Assembly: GCA_036676495.1 (NCBI GenBank)
Contig: JAKFCT010000036.1
Location: 1 to 54,593, forward strand
Direction of reading: 5' to 3'
Source of the DNA: Candidatus Sericytochromatia bacterium
Lineage (GTDB): Bacteria; Cyanobacteriota; Sericytochromatia; S15B-MN24; UBA4093
Length of the DNA: 54,593 nt
Part shown: one piece after another, positions 1 to 9,051 of the stretch
Position numbering within the stretch: position 1 is the first letter of the stretch
How the letters are laid out: each line of letters opens with the position of its first letter
Notes under the pieces: model-generated
Database searches by the model: none
What the model was told of the DNA's origin: nothing
Seen by the model: only the letters and a program-made list of their open reading frames with translations
Made by a program: the position numbers and the translations under genes

Positions 1-19
1 CTTCTAGGAGTGGAGAACG

Positions 20-598
20 ATGGCTCTTATTAACTACGCCAGCCGCGAGATCAACTGCAAGATCGTCTACTACGGCACGGGCCTGGGCGGCAAGACGACC
101 AACCTCGAATACATCTTCAAGCAGCTCGCCCCCGGCATCCGCGGCGAGATGATCAGCCTGGCGACCGAAACCGAACGCACCCTGTTCTTCGACTTCCTGC
201 CGCTCGACCTCGGTTCGGTGCAGGGCTTCAAGACCAAGTTCTCGCTCTACACCGTCCCCGGTCAGGTCGAGTACAACGCCTCCCGCAAGCTGATCCTCAA
301 CGGCGTCGACGGCATCGTCTTCGTCGCCGACTCCCAGAAGGAAAAGTGGGACGAGAACATCGAATCGCTGCGCAACATGGAGGAGAACCTCGCCGAGTAC
401 GGCCTCACGCTCGACTCGGTGCCCTACGTCCTCCAGTACAACAAGCGCGACCTTCCCAACGTCAACACCTACGAGGAGCTCGAGGGCGTCCTCAACCCCC
501 GTAACGTCCCCTCGTTCGAGGCCGTGGCCGTCGAGGGATCGGGCGTCTTTGCTACCCTCAAGGCCGTCTCGAAGGCCGTGCTCAACCGCCTCAGCTAA
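20..598 (+). CDS. mglA: Gliding-motility/polarity small GTPase MglA
   Basis: Typical MglA motifs [42 protein letters not shown] and NKRD; GGAG RBS upstream. Confidence 0.95.
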   Translation: MALINYASREINCKIVYYGTGLGGKTTNLEYIFKQLAPGIRGEMISLATETERTLFFDFLPLDLGSVQGFKTKFSLYTVPGQVEYNASRKLILNGVDGIVFVADSQKEKWDENIESLRNMEENLAEYGLTLDSVPYVLQYNKRDLPNVNTYEELEGVLNPRNVPSFEAVAVEGSGVFATLKAVSKAVLNRLS

Positions 599-615
599 GG
601 CGGGCGAGGGCCCGC

Positions 616-2562
616 ATGACCGAGCGCATCGCCGGATACGACCTGATCTCCGAGATCGCCCGATCGCCGTCGGGTCGTATTCTGCTGGCGCAGTCCCCGG
701 GCTCCCAGCAACTGCTGGCCATCAAGGAGATGCTGCTCGAGCCCGACTCGGGCCTCTCCGACGAGGAACAGATCGCCCGCTTCAAGCGCGAGGCGGACAT
801 CCATCTACAACTTAACCATGCCAACATCGTGAAGGCCGTCGAGGCCGGGGTGGACGGCGATCGCCACTACCTGGTCATGGAGTACCAGCCCGGCCATACC
901 TGGCGCGAGCTCATGGAGCGCGAACGGCCCCCGCTTCCCCAGATCCTCGAATGGGGCCTCCAGCTCTGCCACGCCCTCCAGGCCCTCCACGACATCGGGG
1001 TCGTCCACCGCGACGTCAAACCCGCCAACTGCCTGATCTCGCCCGCCGGCCAGCTCAAGATCACCGACTTCGGCATGGCCCGCCGCGCCTTCGCCCCCGG
1101 CATCACCCAGTCCAAGATGATGCTCGGCACCCTCAACTACATGTCCCCCGAGCAGCTGCTCGACGCTACCTCCGTCGACGGCCGCGCCGACGTCTTCGCC
1201 GTGGGCGTCATCCTCTTCAAGGCCCTGACCGGCGAGCTGCCCTTCCCGGGAGCCAGCCCCACCGACGTGGCGCATCGCCTGCTCTACGCCGAGCCCACCG
1301 ATCCCCTGACCCTCAACCCCAGGTTGCCCAAGTCCCTGGCCGAGCGTCTGCTCAAGTGCCTCGCCAAGGACCCCGACTTCCGCTACCTCAGCGCGGAAAG
1401 CTTCGCCCGCGACATCGAGACCGAGCTCGGCAACCCCGAGCTCTTCATTGCACAGGGGGAAATCCACGCCGAGCGCGACGAGTGGAAGGACGCCAACCAC
1501 TGCTTCCAGCAGGCCGTCTCCCTGGACACCGGCAATGCGCAGGCCTGGTTCCATCTGGGAAAATCCCTCCAGGAGCTGGGACAGCCCGACCCGGCCAGCG
1601 AATGCTTTCTCAAGGTCGTCCACCTCGACCCGTCGCATGTCCCGTCGTTCCGCTCGCTCGGAGCCTCCTATCGCGCGAGCGGCAACCTCCAGGCGGCCAT
1701 CAAGATGTTCCAGCGGGCTTGGGTGCTCGAACCCTCCGACCGAGAGACCTGCCTCGCCCTCGGCATGACCTACCGCGAGGACGGCATGAACGCCGAGGCC
1801 CTCGAGCAACTCCAGATCCTCGCCGAGCAGAACCCCGATTGGGGGCCCGCCCGCCTGGAGCTGGGCCGCCTGCTCTACACCGGAGACCAGGTCGAGCGCG
1901 CCCGGATCGAGTTCTCCGCCGCCCGCCGCTTGATGCCCACGGATCCCGACGCGCTCTTCAACCTGGCCTCGGCCTCCCACGAGCTCGGCATGCTCGCCGA
2001 CGCCGAGGAAGCCTACGAGCAGCTGCTGGTCGTCATGCCCGAGCATGCCAAGGCCCACCACAACCTCGCCTACCTCTGGCTCAGCCAGGACCGCCTGGCC
2101 GAAGCCGAGGAGCACCTCGTCGCCGCCATCTCCCATGAGCCATGGGCGCCGTCCTACCTCCTGCTGGGCTCGGTGCTGGAGCGGACCGGACGCCTCAAGG
2201 AAGCCATCGCGCATTACCAGCAGGCCCTGGAGCTGGCGCCGCGCAACCCCGACGCCTCCATCGCCCTGGCGCATGTCCTGCAGCGCAACTTCCAGCCCAA
2301 CGCGGCCATCGACGTCCTCAAGCAAGCCGCCGAGGTCGAGTCGCCGCGCCTGGCCGAACTTTACTTCCAGCTCGCCCTGGCGTACCGGATCAAGGGGGAG
2401 GATGTCGAGGCGGCCGGGGCGATCGCCAGCTGCCTCGCCTCGAACCCAGACTCCGAACTCAAAGCACATGCCGAGGCCCTCGCTGCCCAGCTCAACCTGC
2501 CGGATCGGCGGGGCACCGGCCGGGGAATCCTCGGGGGACGCCGCGCCGCCGGAGGCCGCTAG
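616..2562 (+). CDS. Hanks-type Ser/Thr protein kinase with C-terminal TPR repeats
   Basis: AIK lysine, HRDVKPAN catalytic loop, DFG, YMSPE and DVFAVG motifs, followed by many TPR-like helical repeats. Confidence 0.92.
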   Translation: MTERIAGYDLISEIARSPSGRILLAQSPGSQQLLAIKEMLLEPDSGLSDEEQIARFKREADIHLQLNHANIVKAVEAGVDGDRHYLVMEYQPGHTWRELMERERPPLPQILEWGLQLCHALQALHDIGVVHRDVKPANCLISPAGQLKITDFGMARRAFAPGITQSKMMLGTLNYMSPEQLLDATSVDGRADVFAVGVILFKALTGELPFPGASPTDVAHRLLYAEPTDPLTLNPRLPKSLAERLLKCLAKDPDFRYLSAESFARDIETELGNPELFIAQGEIHAERDEWKDANHCFQQAVSLDTGNAQAWFHLGKSLQELGQPDPASECFLKVVHLDPSHVPSFRSLGASYRASGNLQAAIKMFQRAWVLEPSDRETCLALGMTYREDGMNAEALEQLQILAEQNPDWGPARLELGRLLYTGDQVERARIEFSAARRLMPTDPDALFNLASASHELGMLADAEEAYEQLLVVMPEHAKAHHNLAYLWLSQDRLAEAEEHLVAAISHEPWAPSYLLLGSVLERTGRLKEAIAHYQQALELAPRNPDASIALAHVLQRNFQPNAAIDVLKQAAEVESPRLAELYFQLALAYRIKGEDVEAAGAIASCLASNPDSELKAHAEALAAQLNLPDRRGTGRGILGGRRAAGGR

Positions 2563-2565
2563 CCC

Positions 2566-3612
2566 GTGCTCGCGCGCGTCCTCCTCGCGCTCCTCGCCGC
2601 TCTCTTCCTCGCCTTCCCCGCGCTCGCCCACCAGTCCGACTTCGGCTTCTCCGAGGTCCTGGTCGAAGGCCGAGAGGTCGCCTACCTGGTCGAGGTTCCC
2701 GCCCACTACCTGCCCATCCCCGGTCTCGACCCCAACGGCCCTCCCGTCGAGGCGGACGAGGTCCGCCCCCACATGGCGGCCGTCAGCGAGTACCTCCGCG
2801 CGCATGTCGGAGTCGTTTCGGGAGAGGAGGCGCCGGCCCCGGTTTCCGTCGAGCTGGCCGACGCCGGCCGGAGCGCGGGCCTGATCGGCCTGGTCCTGCG
2901 TTACGAGTTCGACGCTCCGGTCCGCGAGATCGTGGTCAAGCACGACGTCTTCGATGCCCGCGAGCCCTCCTACCAGAACCTCGCCAAGGTCCACGTCGAC
3001 GGCCGAACTCTCGAAACCGTCTTCAAGCATGATCGAACGGTCTTCCGCTTTGACGGGCGCGGCATGCTCGCCCAGGCCTGGACCTTCTTCCTGCTGGGCA
3101 TCGAGCATATCTTCACGGGCTACGATCACCTGGCCTTCGTGCTCGCGATGATTCTGGTCGGACAGACCCTGGGGCAGGTCGCCAAGATCGTCACGGGCTT
3201 CACCGTGGCCCATTCCCTCACCTTGGTCTTGGCGGCGCTGGGGATCGTGAACTTGCCCGGTACGCTGGTCGAGAGCGTGATCGCGCTGTCGATCGCCGTG
3301 GTGGCCGCCGAGAACTTCCTGGGCAAGCCCGCAGACAAGCGCTGGATCATCGCCTTCGTCTTCGGCCTGGTGCATGGCTTCGGCTTCTCGGGCGTGTTGC
3401 GGGAGCTCGGCCTTCCGACCGAAGGCCTGGTCTCGAGTCTCCTTTCCTTCAACCTCGGAGTCGAGGTCGGGCAGCTCGCGGTCGTGATCGCGATCTTCCC
3501 GCTGGTGCTCGCCCTCCGCAGGACCCGCTGGCACCTTCCCGTCGTTCGGGCGACCTCGGGGGCGCTCCTCGTCATGGGGCTGCTCTGGTTCGGAGAGCGC
3601 GTGCTCGGCTAG
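2566..3612 (+). CDS. HupE/UreJ-family membrane protein with N-terminal exported domain
   Basis: Signal peptide ending ALA-H; GIEHIFTGYDHLAF, FTVAHSLTL and FGLVHGFGF motifs. Confidence 0.88.
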   Translation: MLARVLLALLAALFLAFPALAHQSDFGFSEVLVEGREVAYLVEVPAHYLPIPGLDPNGPPVEADEVRPHMAAVSEYLRAHVGVVSGEEAPAPVSVELADAGRSAGLIGLVLRYEFDAPVREIVVKHDVFDAREPSYQNLAKVHVDGRTLETVFKHDRTVFRFDGRGMLAQAWTFFLLGIEHIFTGYDHLAFVLAMILVGQTLGQVAKIVTGFTVAHSLTLVLAALGIVNLPGTLVESVIALSIAVVAAENFLGKPADKRWIIAFVFGLVHGFGFSGVLRELGLPTEGLVSSLLSFNLGVEVGQLAVVIAIFPLVLALRRTRWHLPVVRATSGALLVMGLLWFGERVLG

Positions 3613-3710
3613 TCCGGGTTTTAGCTGAGGCTTAACAGGCTTATAAGATAAATAATCGGCCTTGCGGGGGATAACAGGGATATGACCGTGTTTGCGCAAG
3701 GAGGGTTCCG

Positions 3711-5114
3711 ATGATTCCAGTGCTCAAGGGAGGCCGCATCAGCGAGCAGGTTCGCCGTCAGCTGGCGAGCACCGGAGCCCAGGTCGTCGAGAGCCAGGGC
3801 CAGACGATGATCAAGAAGCTGTCGAAGGAAGTCGATCAGCTGCTCCTGTCGAACCCCACGGTTCGCAACCAGATCACCTACCACCTCACTCCCGATGCGT
3901 CGCGCCAGGCCATCCTGGACGCAGTGAACTCCGCCAAGAAGTCCTTCCACATCGAGACCTTCATCTGGCACAACGACGAGGCCGGCCACGAGCTGATCGA
4001 TGCCCTCGTGAAGAAGAAGACCGCTGCCAAGGAAGCTGGCAAGGAGTTCGACATCAAGGTGCTGATCGACTCGATCGGCCTGCGTGGGGGTTCCGGCGGC
4101 TCCAAGGACACGGCCGTCGTCGACATTCTCAAGGGTCACGGGATTGACGTCCGGGAGTTCAACGCCAAGTACGTCTCCTGGGAGGCCAAGGGCATTCCCA
4201 TCACGCACCGCAAGCTTTACATCGCCGACGGGGAGAAGTTCATCACTGGCGGCCGGAATATCGGTAACGAGTACCTCAAGCCGCAGTTCAAGGGTGCCAA
4301 CGGCCTGGAGACCTCCTGGCATGACCTGCTCTACACCGTGCATGGCGACGAGGCCGGCCGAATTCAGGCGGAGTTCTACGAGAACTGGGCCCGCGTCGGC
4401 GGCGAGGTTCCCAAGGTCATGCCCGCGGCCGTGCCCCATGCCACCGGCACCGCGAAGGTCCAGACCATTGTGACCGATCCGCATGCCAAGACCTTCGGCA
4501 TCCGCGAGGCGCACTCCAAGGCGATCAAGGGTGCCGAGAAGGAGATCGTCGCGATCTTCCCGTACTTCTCGGATGATCAGCTGGTCAAGGACCTGATCGA
4601 GGCCAAGCGCGCCAACACCGCCAAGCGCGCCGATCTCTTGAAGGCCGCGCAGAACAAGTGGGATCGCCAGGCCATCGACCAGGCCGTGCCCGAGCTCGAC
4701 ATCAAGGTGCTCATGCCTGGAAACCGGGAGGCGAGTCGCGAGGGCAGCATGTACTTCCATCTCAACCAGGAGTCGGCCCGCCAGCTTCTCAAGGAGGGCG
4801 TCGACGTCCGCTTCTTCGACGGAGGCAAGATCGACGGCAAGGATGTCCAGCGCTTCAGCCACTTCAAGGGGATGGCCGTCGACGGCAAGCTGCTGAGCCT
4901 CGGCTCGGCCAACGCCGACGCCCGCACCTTCGGCGCCAACCACGAGCTCAATACCCTGATCTCGGACGAGAAGGCGGTCAAGGAATTCTTCGATCAGGTG
5001 ATCACTCCCGACTGGAACTCGGCCCGCAAGGCCAGCCTCCAGGAGCTGGAGAGCGCTCCGATGAAGGACAAGCTCAAGCAGAAGTTCTACGAAGCGGTCG
5101 ACTTCCTGCTCTAA
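3711..5114 (+). CDS. Phospholipase D / cardiolipin synthase-like protein, paralog 1
   Basis: Two HKD motifs (HRKLYIAD...GGRN and HFKGMAVD...GSAN); AAGGAGG RBS; no TM anchor or signal peptide. Confidence 0.9.
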   Translation: MIPVLKGGRISEQVRRQLASTGAQVVESQGQTMIKKLSKEVDQLLLSNPTVRNQITYHLTPDASRQAILDAVNSAKKSFHIETFIWHNDEAGHELIDALVKKKTAAKEAGKEFDIKVLIDSIGLRGGSGGSKDTAVVDILKGHGIDVREFNAKYVSWEAKGIPITHRKLYIADGEKFITGGRNIGNEYLKPQFKGANGLETSWHDLLYTVHGDEAGRIQAEFYENWARVGGEVPKVMPAAVPHATGTAKVQTIVTDPHAKTFGIREAHSKAIKGAEKEIVAIFPYFSDDQLVKDLIEAKRANTAKRADLLKAAQNKWDRQAIDQAVPELDIKVLMPGNREASREGSMYFHLNQESARQLLKEGVDVRFFDGGKIDGKDVQRFSHFKGMAVDGKLLSLGSANADARTFGANHELNTLISDEKAVKEFFDQVITPDWNSARKASLQELESAPMKDKLKQKFYEAVDFLL

Positions 5115-5119
5115 GCTTC

Positions 5120-5160
5120 AAAAGCCCCGCCACCCTCAGGGTGGCGGGGTTGCTTCTTTT
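5120..5160. terminator. Intrinsic terminator between convergent genes
   Basis: ccccgccaccc-tca-gggtggcgggg stem with A-run before and T-rich tail after. Confidence 0.8.
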
Positions 5161-5174
5161 CAGGGGCTGGGCGC

Positions 5175-5780
5175 TTACGGCTGAGGATGCGCCTGGATGA
5201 TGCGCACCATGTCGAACCAGTGACGCTCCTCGGACGCGATCCGGATCCCGGACGCTTCGATCAAGCCCCGGATGTCCCGGTCGTGGTGACAGCCGAACAT
5301 CCGGTATAGCAGCGGATCGAACGCCTTTTGTGCGCGCGAGAGCAGGGGGCTGGGGCTAATGCCGTGCTCCAAGAGGAGGATTGTCCCCTCAGGCTTGCAC
5401 CACCGCCGGAGGTTCGCCAGCACGCGCGCGGGGTTCTCGTAGCTGCAGAGCGAGAGCGTCGAGACGACCGTATCGAACGCGTCGTCCGGAAAGCTCAGGG
5501 TTTCGACGTCCTCGCAGCGGAACTCTGCATCGATGCCGTAGCGCTGGGCCGCGGATTCGGCCTTGGCGATCATGGCGGAGCTGAAGTCGGTGGCGGTCAC
5601 CCTCACGCCCGAGGGGTAAAAGGGGAAGTTGGCCCCGGCTCCCACAGCCAGTTCGAGAACGTTTCCCCTGGCTTGGCTCAGGAGATTCTGGCGCCATTTC
5701 TTTTGGCTTGGGTTTTCGCGCTGCCGGTCGTACTGAGCGGCTTGGCGATCGAAGAGGGAGATGTGTTTCTGCTTGTCCAT
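5175..5780 (-). CDS. Class I SAM-dependent methyltransferase (UbiE/PmtA-like)
   Basis: VLELAVGAG motif I, FPDDAFDTVVSTLSLC and KPEG..LLLEHG. Confidence 0.88.
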   Translation of the reverse strand: MDKQKHISLFDRQAAQYDRQRENPSQKKWRQNLLSQARGNVLELAVGAGANFPFYPSGVRVTATDFSSAMIAKAESAAQRYGIDAEFRCEDVETLSFPDDAFDTVVSTLSLCSYENPARVLANLRRWCKPEGTILLLEHGISPSPLLSRAQKAFDPLLYRMFGCHHDRDIRGLIEASGIRIASEERHWFDMVRIIQAHPQP

Positions 5781-5803
5781 GGGGGGCCTCGGGATCCGCT
5801 TCT

Positions 5804-5856
5804 AGCATGAGCTGCGTGTCACTTTTATTGTAGTGACTCGCAGCTCATGCTTACAA
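5804..5856 (-). promoter_or_regulatory. Sigma70-like promoter (TTGTAA-18-TACAAT) overlapped by a 20-bp inverted repeat
   Basis: Arms 5804-5823 and 5832-5851 match at 19/20 positions; the -10 hexamer lies almost entirely in the 8-nt loop. Confidence 0.6.
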
Positions 5857-5992
5857 ATGGCGATACTGACAGTCTCTGCCTGGAGAGCCGGTGCATATGA
5901 TGGTCGAGCCGTCGCCCGAAACGTCCACATCGAGACGGCGCTCCAGGTTGGGGGGTATCGAGAGTCTCGTGATCCCCCCGCAGATTCCCCTG

Positions 5993-6208
5993 CTAGCCTT
6001 TGTTGCGCTCGGGGGCCTGCTCGTGAACGAGAATGTCACTGGTTTCAGCCATGATGCCCTGTCCAGCCGGGAAGGGGCCCAGGTTGCTCGAACCGGGGAC
6101 CCCGGCGTTCTCCTTGCCGTAGGGGCCGGTCCCCATGCCACCGGGATCGAGCTTCCCGGCGCGCTCCCGTTCGCCGGGACGGCGGTTCAGGTCGAGGTGC
6201 TCGTTCAT
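5993..6208 (-). CDS. Small Gly/Pro-rich hypothetical protein (71 aa, MNEHLDLN...)
   Basis: AAAGGGGG RBS, GC3-rich codons and a hairpin at about 5951-5979 downstream. Confidence 0.55.
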   Translation of the reverse strand: MNEHLDLNRRPGERERAGKLDPGGMGTGPYGKENAGVPGSSNLGPFPAGQGIMAETSDILVHEQAPERNKG

Positions 6209-6426
6209 GCGTGATCCCCCTTTTGAGTCGATGGGCGACAGTCTCCCCCGACAGGATACGCCGCGCGTCGGCGCTGGCAATCATCGTTCGGCTCTCCTTC
6301 CATTTCCCCCCCATACTCCCCCCGCGTCTTTCCGTGGCGTTAACGGCTCCATAAGAAAGTCAGGGCCCGTCCTCCCGATAACCCTCGAAAGGTGACGTTG
6401 CTCCGCGTGATCCGGGAGGGGAATTC

Positions 6427-7824
6427 ATGGCAACTGCGCTTTCCTCAACTCGGTTTTCGTCCGCACCGGCGTCGGCACCGCGCCCCGTGGCCTCCCAGGC
6501 CAAGGCGGGCCAGGACTTGCTTTCGAAATGGAGTCCGGAAGTCGATCGCCTCCTACTGGGCGCGGCGACCACGCGGAATGCCATCACCTACCACGTTTCG
6601 CCCGAGGACTCCCGCGAGGCCTTGCTCGCGGCCATCCGGGGGGCCAAGGAATCCTTCCACATCGAGACCTTCATCTGGCATGACGACGAGGCCGGCAACG
6701 AAATCGTCGAGGCCCTGGCGGCCAAGAAGCGCGAGGCGGCGCGCGCGGGTCGGGACTTCGACGCGAAGGTCCTGATCGACTCGATCGGCCTACGCGGCGG
6801 CTCCAACGGCGCCAAGGACACCCAGGTCATCGACAAGCTCGAAGCGCAAGGCATCGAGGTCCGCATCTTCAACTCCCGCTTCATCTCGCTGGACGCCATG
6901 GGCGTGCCGATCACGCACCGCAAGCTCTTCATCGCCGACGGCGAGAAGTTCATCACCGGCGGGCGCAACATCGGCAACGAGTACCTCCGCCCGTCTTTCG
7001 AGGGGAAGGGCGGGACGGAAGCCTCGTGGCATGACCTGCTTTACACGGTGCATGGCGAGGAGGCGGCCCGGGTCGAGCGCGAGTTCTATCAGAACTGGAG
7101 CCTGGCGGGAGGAGCGGTTCCCGACATCCTCCCGGTGGCCAAGCCCCATGCGACGGGGGCCGCTCGGGTCCTGAGCATCGTGACCAACCCGCATGAGGAG
7201 GTCTTCAGCATCCGCGAGGCGCATTCCAAGGCCGTGGCGAGCGCCCAGAAGGAGATCGTGGCGATCTTCCCGTACTTCTCGGACGATCGCTTCATCGCCG
7301 AGCTGATCGCGGCCAAGGAGAAGAACGCTGCGCGGCGCGCGGCGCTCGCGGCCCGGGCGCGCACGCCTCAGGAGCGCGCGGCCTTCCTGCGCGAGGTGCC
7401 CGAACTCTCGATCAAGGTGCTGCTTCCGGGGAAGAAGGAAGAGGGTTCCGGGGGGCTCTTGTACCCGGAGTTGAACATGGAGACGGCCCGCCAGCTTCTC
7501 GAGGCGGGCATCGAGGTTCGCCTCTACGAGGGCTCGGAAGTGGACGGTCAGAGGGTGGAGCGTTTCAGCCACTTCAAGGGCATGGCCATCGACGGCAAGC
7601 TCTTGAGTCTGGGCTCGGCCAACGCCGATGCCCGCACCTACGGCTCGAACCACGAGCTCAACACGCTGATCGCCGACGAGAAGGCCGTCAAGGAGTTTTA
7701 CGCGAGGGTGGTCGAGCCGGACTGGAACTCGGCGCGCCCCGTCACGCTCGAAGAGTTGGGGCAGGTCCCGTGGTATCAGCGGGCCTGGCGGAAGGTGCTC
7801 GAATCGCTCGACTTCCTCTTCTAG
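6427..7824 (+). CDS. Phospholipase D / cardiolipin synthase-like protein, paralog 2
   Basis: HRKLFIAD and HFKGMAID HKD motifs; collinear with 3711..5114 over almost the whole length. Confidence 0.9.
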   Translation: MATALSSTRFSSAPASAPRPVASQAKAGQDLLSKWSPEVDRLLLGAATTRNAITYHVSPEDSREALLAAIRGAKESFHIETFIWHDDEAGNEIVEALAAKKREAARAGRDFDAKVLIDSIGLRGGSNGAKDTQVIDKLEAQGIEVRIFNSRFISLDAMGVPITHRKLFIADGEKFITGGRNIGNEYLRPSFEGKGGTEASWHDLLYTVHGEEAARVEREFYQNWSLAGGAVPDILPVAKPHATGAARVLSIVTNPHEEVFSIREAHSKAVASAQKEIVAIFPYFSDDRFIAELIAAKEKNAARRAALAARARTPQERAAFLREVPELSIKVLLPGKKEEGSGGLLYPELNMETARQLLEAGIEVRLYEGSEVDGQRVERFSHFKGMAIDGKLLSLGSANADARTYGSNHELNTLIADEKAVKEFYARVVEPDWNSARPVTLEELGQVPWYQRAWRKVLESLDFLF

Positions 7825-7853
7825 GCGGTTTGCCGTCGCGATAGATCCCAAGG

Positions 7854-7883
7854 AAAAGGGCCCCCCGTGAGAACGGGGGGCCC
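7854..7883. terminator. Intrinsic terminator (U-tail on the minus strand)
   Basis: aaaa-gggccccccgt-gaga-acggggggccc between convergent genes. Confidence 0.78.
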
Positions 7884-7890
7884 GAGTGGT

Positions 7891-9051
7891 TTAGCGGGTG
7901 GCCAAGCTCTGGGCCTTGGCCAGGGCTTGCTCCAGGTCGGCCAGGAGGTCGTCACCGTCCTCGATGCCGACCGAGAGACGCAGCAGGCCGTCGGTGACGC
8001 CGCGGGCCTCGCGGATCTCCTTGGGGATGGCGCCGTGGGTCATGGTGACCGGGTGGCAGGTGAGGGACTCGATGCCTCCGAGGCTCTCAGCGAGGCTGAA
8101 GAGCTTGAGGGAGCGGGCGATCGCCCGCGCCGGCTCCAGGCCGCCCTTGGCGACGAAGCTGACCATGCCGCCGAAGCCGCGCATCTGGCGCTTGGCCAGC
8201 TCGTGCTGCGGATGCGAGGCCAGGCCCGGGTAGTAGACCTTTTCGACCGCCGGGTGCTCGGCCAGGAACTTGGCCACGCGCTCGGCGTTGGCGCAGTGCT
8301 GGCGCATGCGCAGGGCCAGGGTCTTGAGCCCGCGCAGGGTCAGGAAGGCGTCCTGAGGGCCGGGGACCGCGCCGATCGAGTTCTGGTGGAACTTCACCGT
8401 CTGGTAGAGTTCTTCCGAGCGGGTGGCGAAGAAGCCGCCCACGACGTCCGAGTGGCCGCCGATGTACTTGGTGGTCGAGTGCACCACGATGTCGGCGCCC
8501 AGGTCCAGCGGGTTCTGGAGGTAGGGGCTGGCGAACGTGTTGTCGATGGCCAGCAGGACGCCATGCTTCTGGGCGACCGCGGCGAGGCCCGCGATATCGA
8601 CCAGCTTGAGCAGGGGGTTGGTGGGGGTTTCCGACCAGATCAGCTTGGTGTTGGGCTGGACGGCCTTGTCCACGTTGCCGAGGTCGGTGGCGTCCACCCA
8701 GCTGAAGCTGATGCCGTAGCGGCTGAGGACCCGCTCGAAGAGCCGGTAGGTGCCGCCGTAGACGTCATCCGAGACGACGACATGATCGCCCGCCGACAGG
8801 AGCTTGAGGGCGGCGTCGGTGGCGGCGACTCCCGAGGCGAAGGCCAGGCCGTACTCGGCGTTCTCGAGCGAGGCGAGGCAGACTTCGAGGGCCTTGCGGG
8901 TGGGGTTGGCGGTGCGGGAGTAATCGAAGCCCTTGTGGACTCCGAGATCCGGCTGGGTGTAGGTCGAGGTCTGGTAGACCGGCACGATGGTCGCGCCGGT
9001 GGTCGGGTCGGCGTCCTGGCCGATGTGGATGGCCTTGGTCTCGAACTTCAT
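7891..9051 (-). CDS. Cystathionine gamma-lyase/synthase (Cys/Met PLP family)
   Basis: YSRTANPT, DNTFASP, HSTTKYIGGHSD (PLP lysine) and AESLGG; abuts the CBS gene. Confidence 0.93.
   Translation of the reverse strand: MKFETKAIHIGQDADPTTGATIVPVYQTSTYTQPDLGVHKGFDYSRTANPTRKALEVCLASLENAEYGLAFASGVAATDAALKLLSAGDHVVVSDDVYGGTYRLFERVLSRYGISFSWVDATDLGNVDKAVQPNTKLIWSETPTNPLLKLVDIAGLAAVAQKHGVLLAIDNTFASPYLQNPLDLGADIVVHSTTKYIGGHSDVVGGFFATRSEELYQTVKFHQNSIGAVPGPQDAFLTLRGLKTLALRMRQHCANAERVAKFLAEHPAVEKVYYPGLASHPQHELAKRQMRGFGGMVSFVAKGGLEPARAIARSLKLFSLAESLGGIESLTCHPVTMTHGAIPKEIREARGVTDGLLRLSVGIEDGDDLLADLEQALAKAQSLATR

Noticed and set aside
805-3699. 964-aa antisense ORF
   Set aside because: Shadow of real plus-strand genes; high GC3 removes antisense stop codons; no motifs
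6045-6314. Alternative minus-strand ORF (MIASADARR...)
   Set aside because: Arg-rich off-frame composition; 5993..6208 has better codon bias
3711-7824. PLD nucleases of an antiphage system (DISARM DrmC or Zucchini type)
   Set aside because: Two-HKD lipid-type architecture and no helicase or other defence partners
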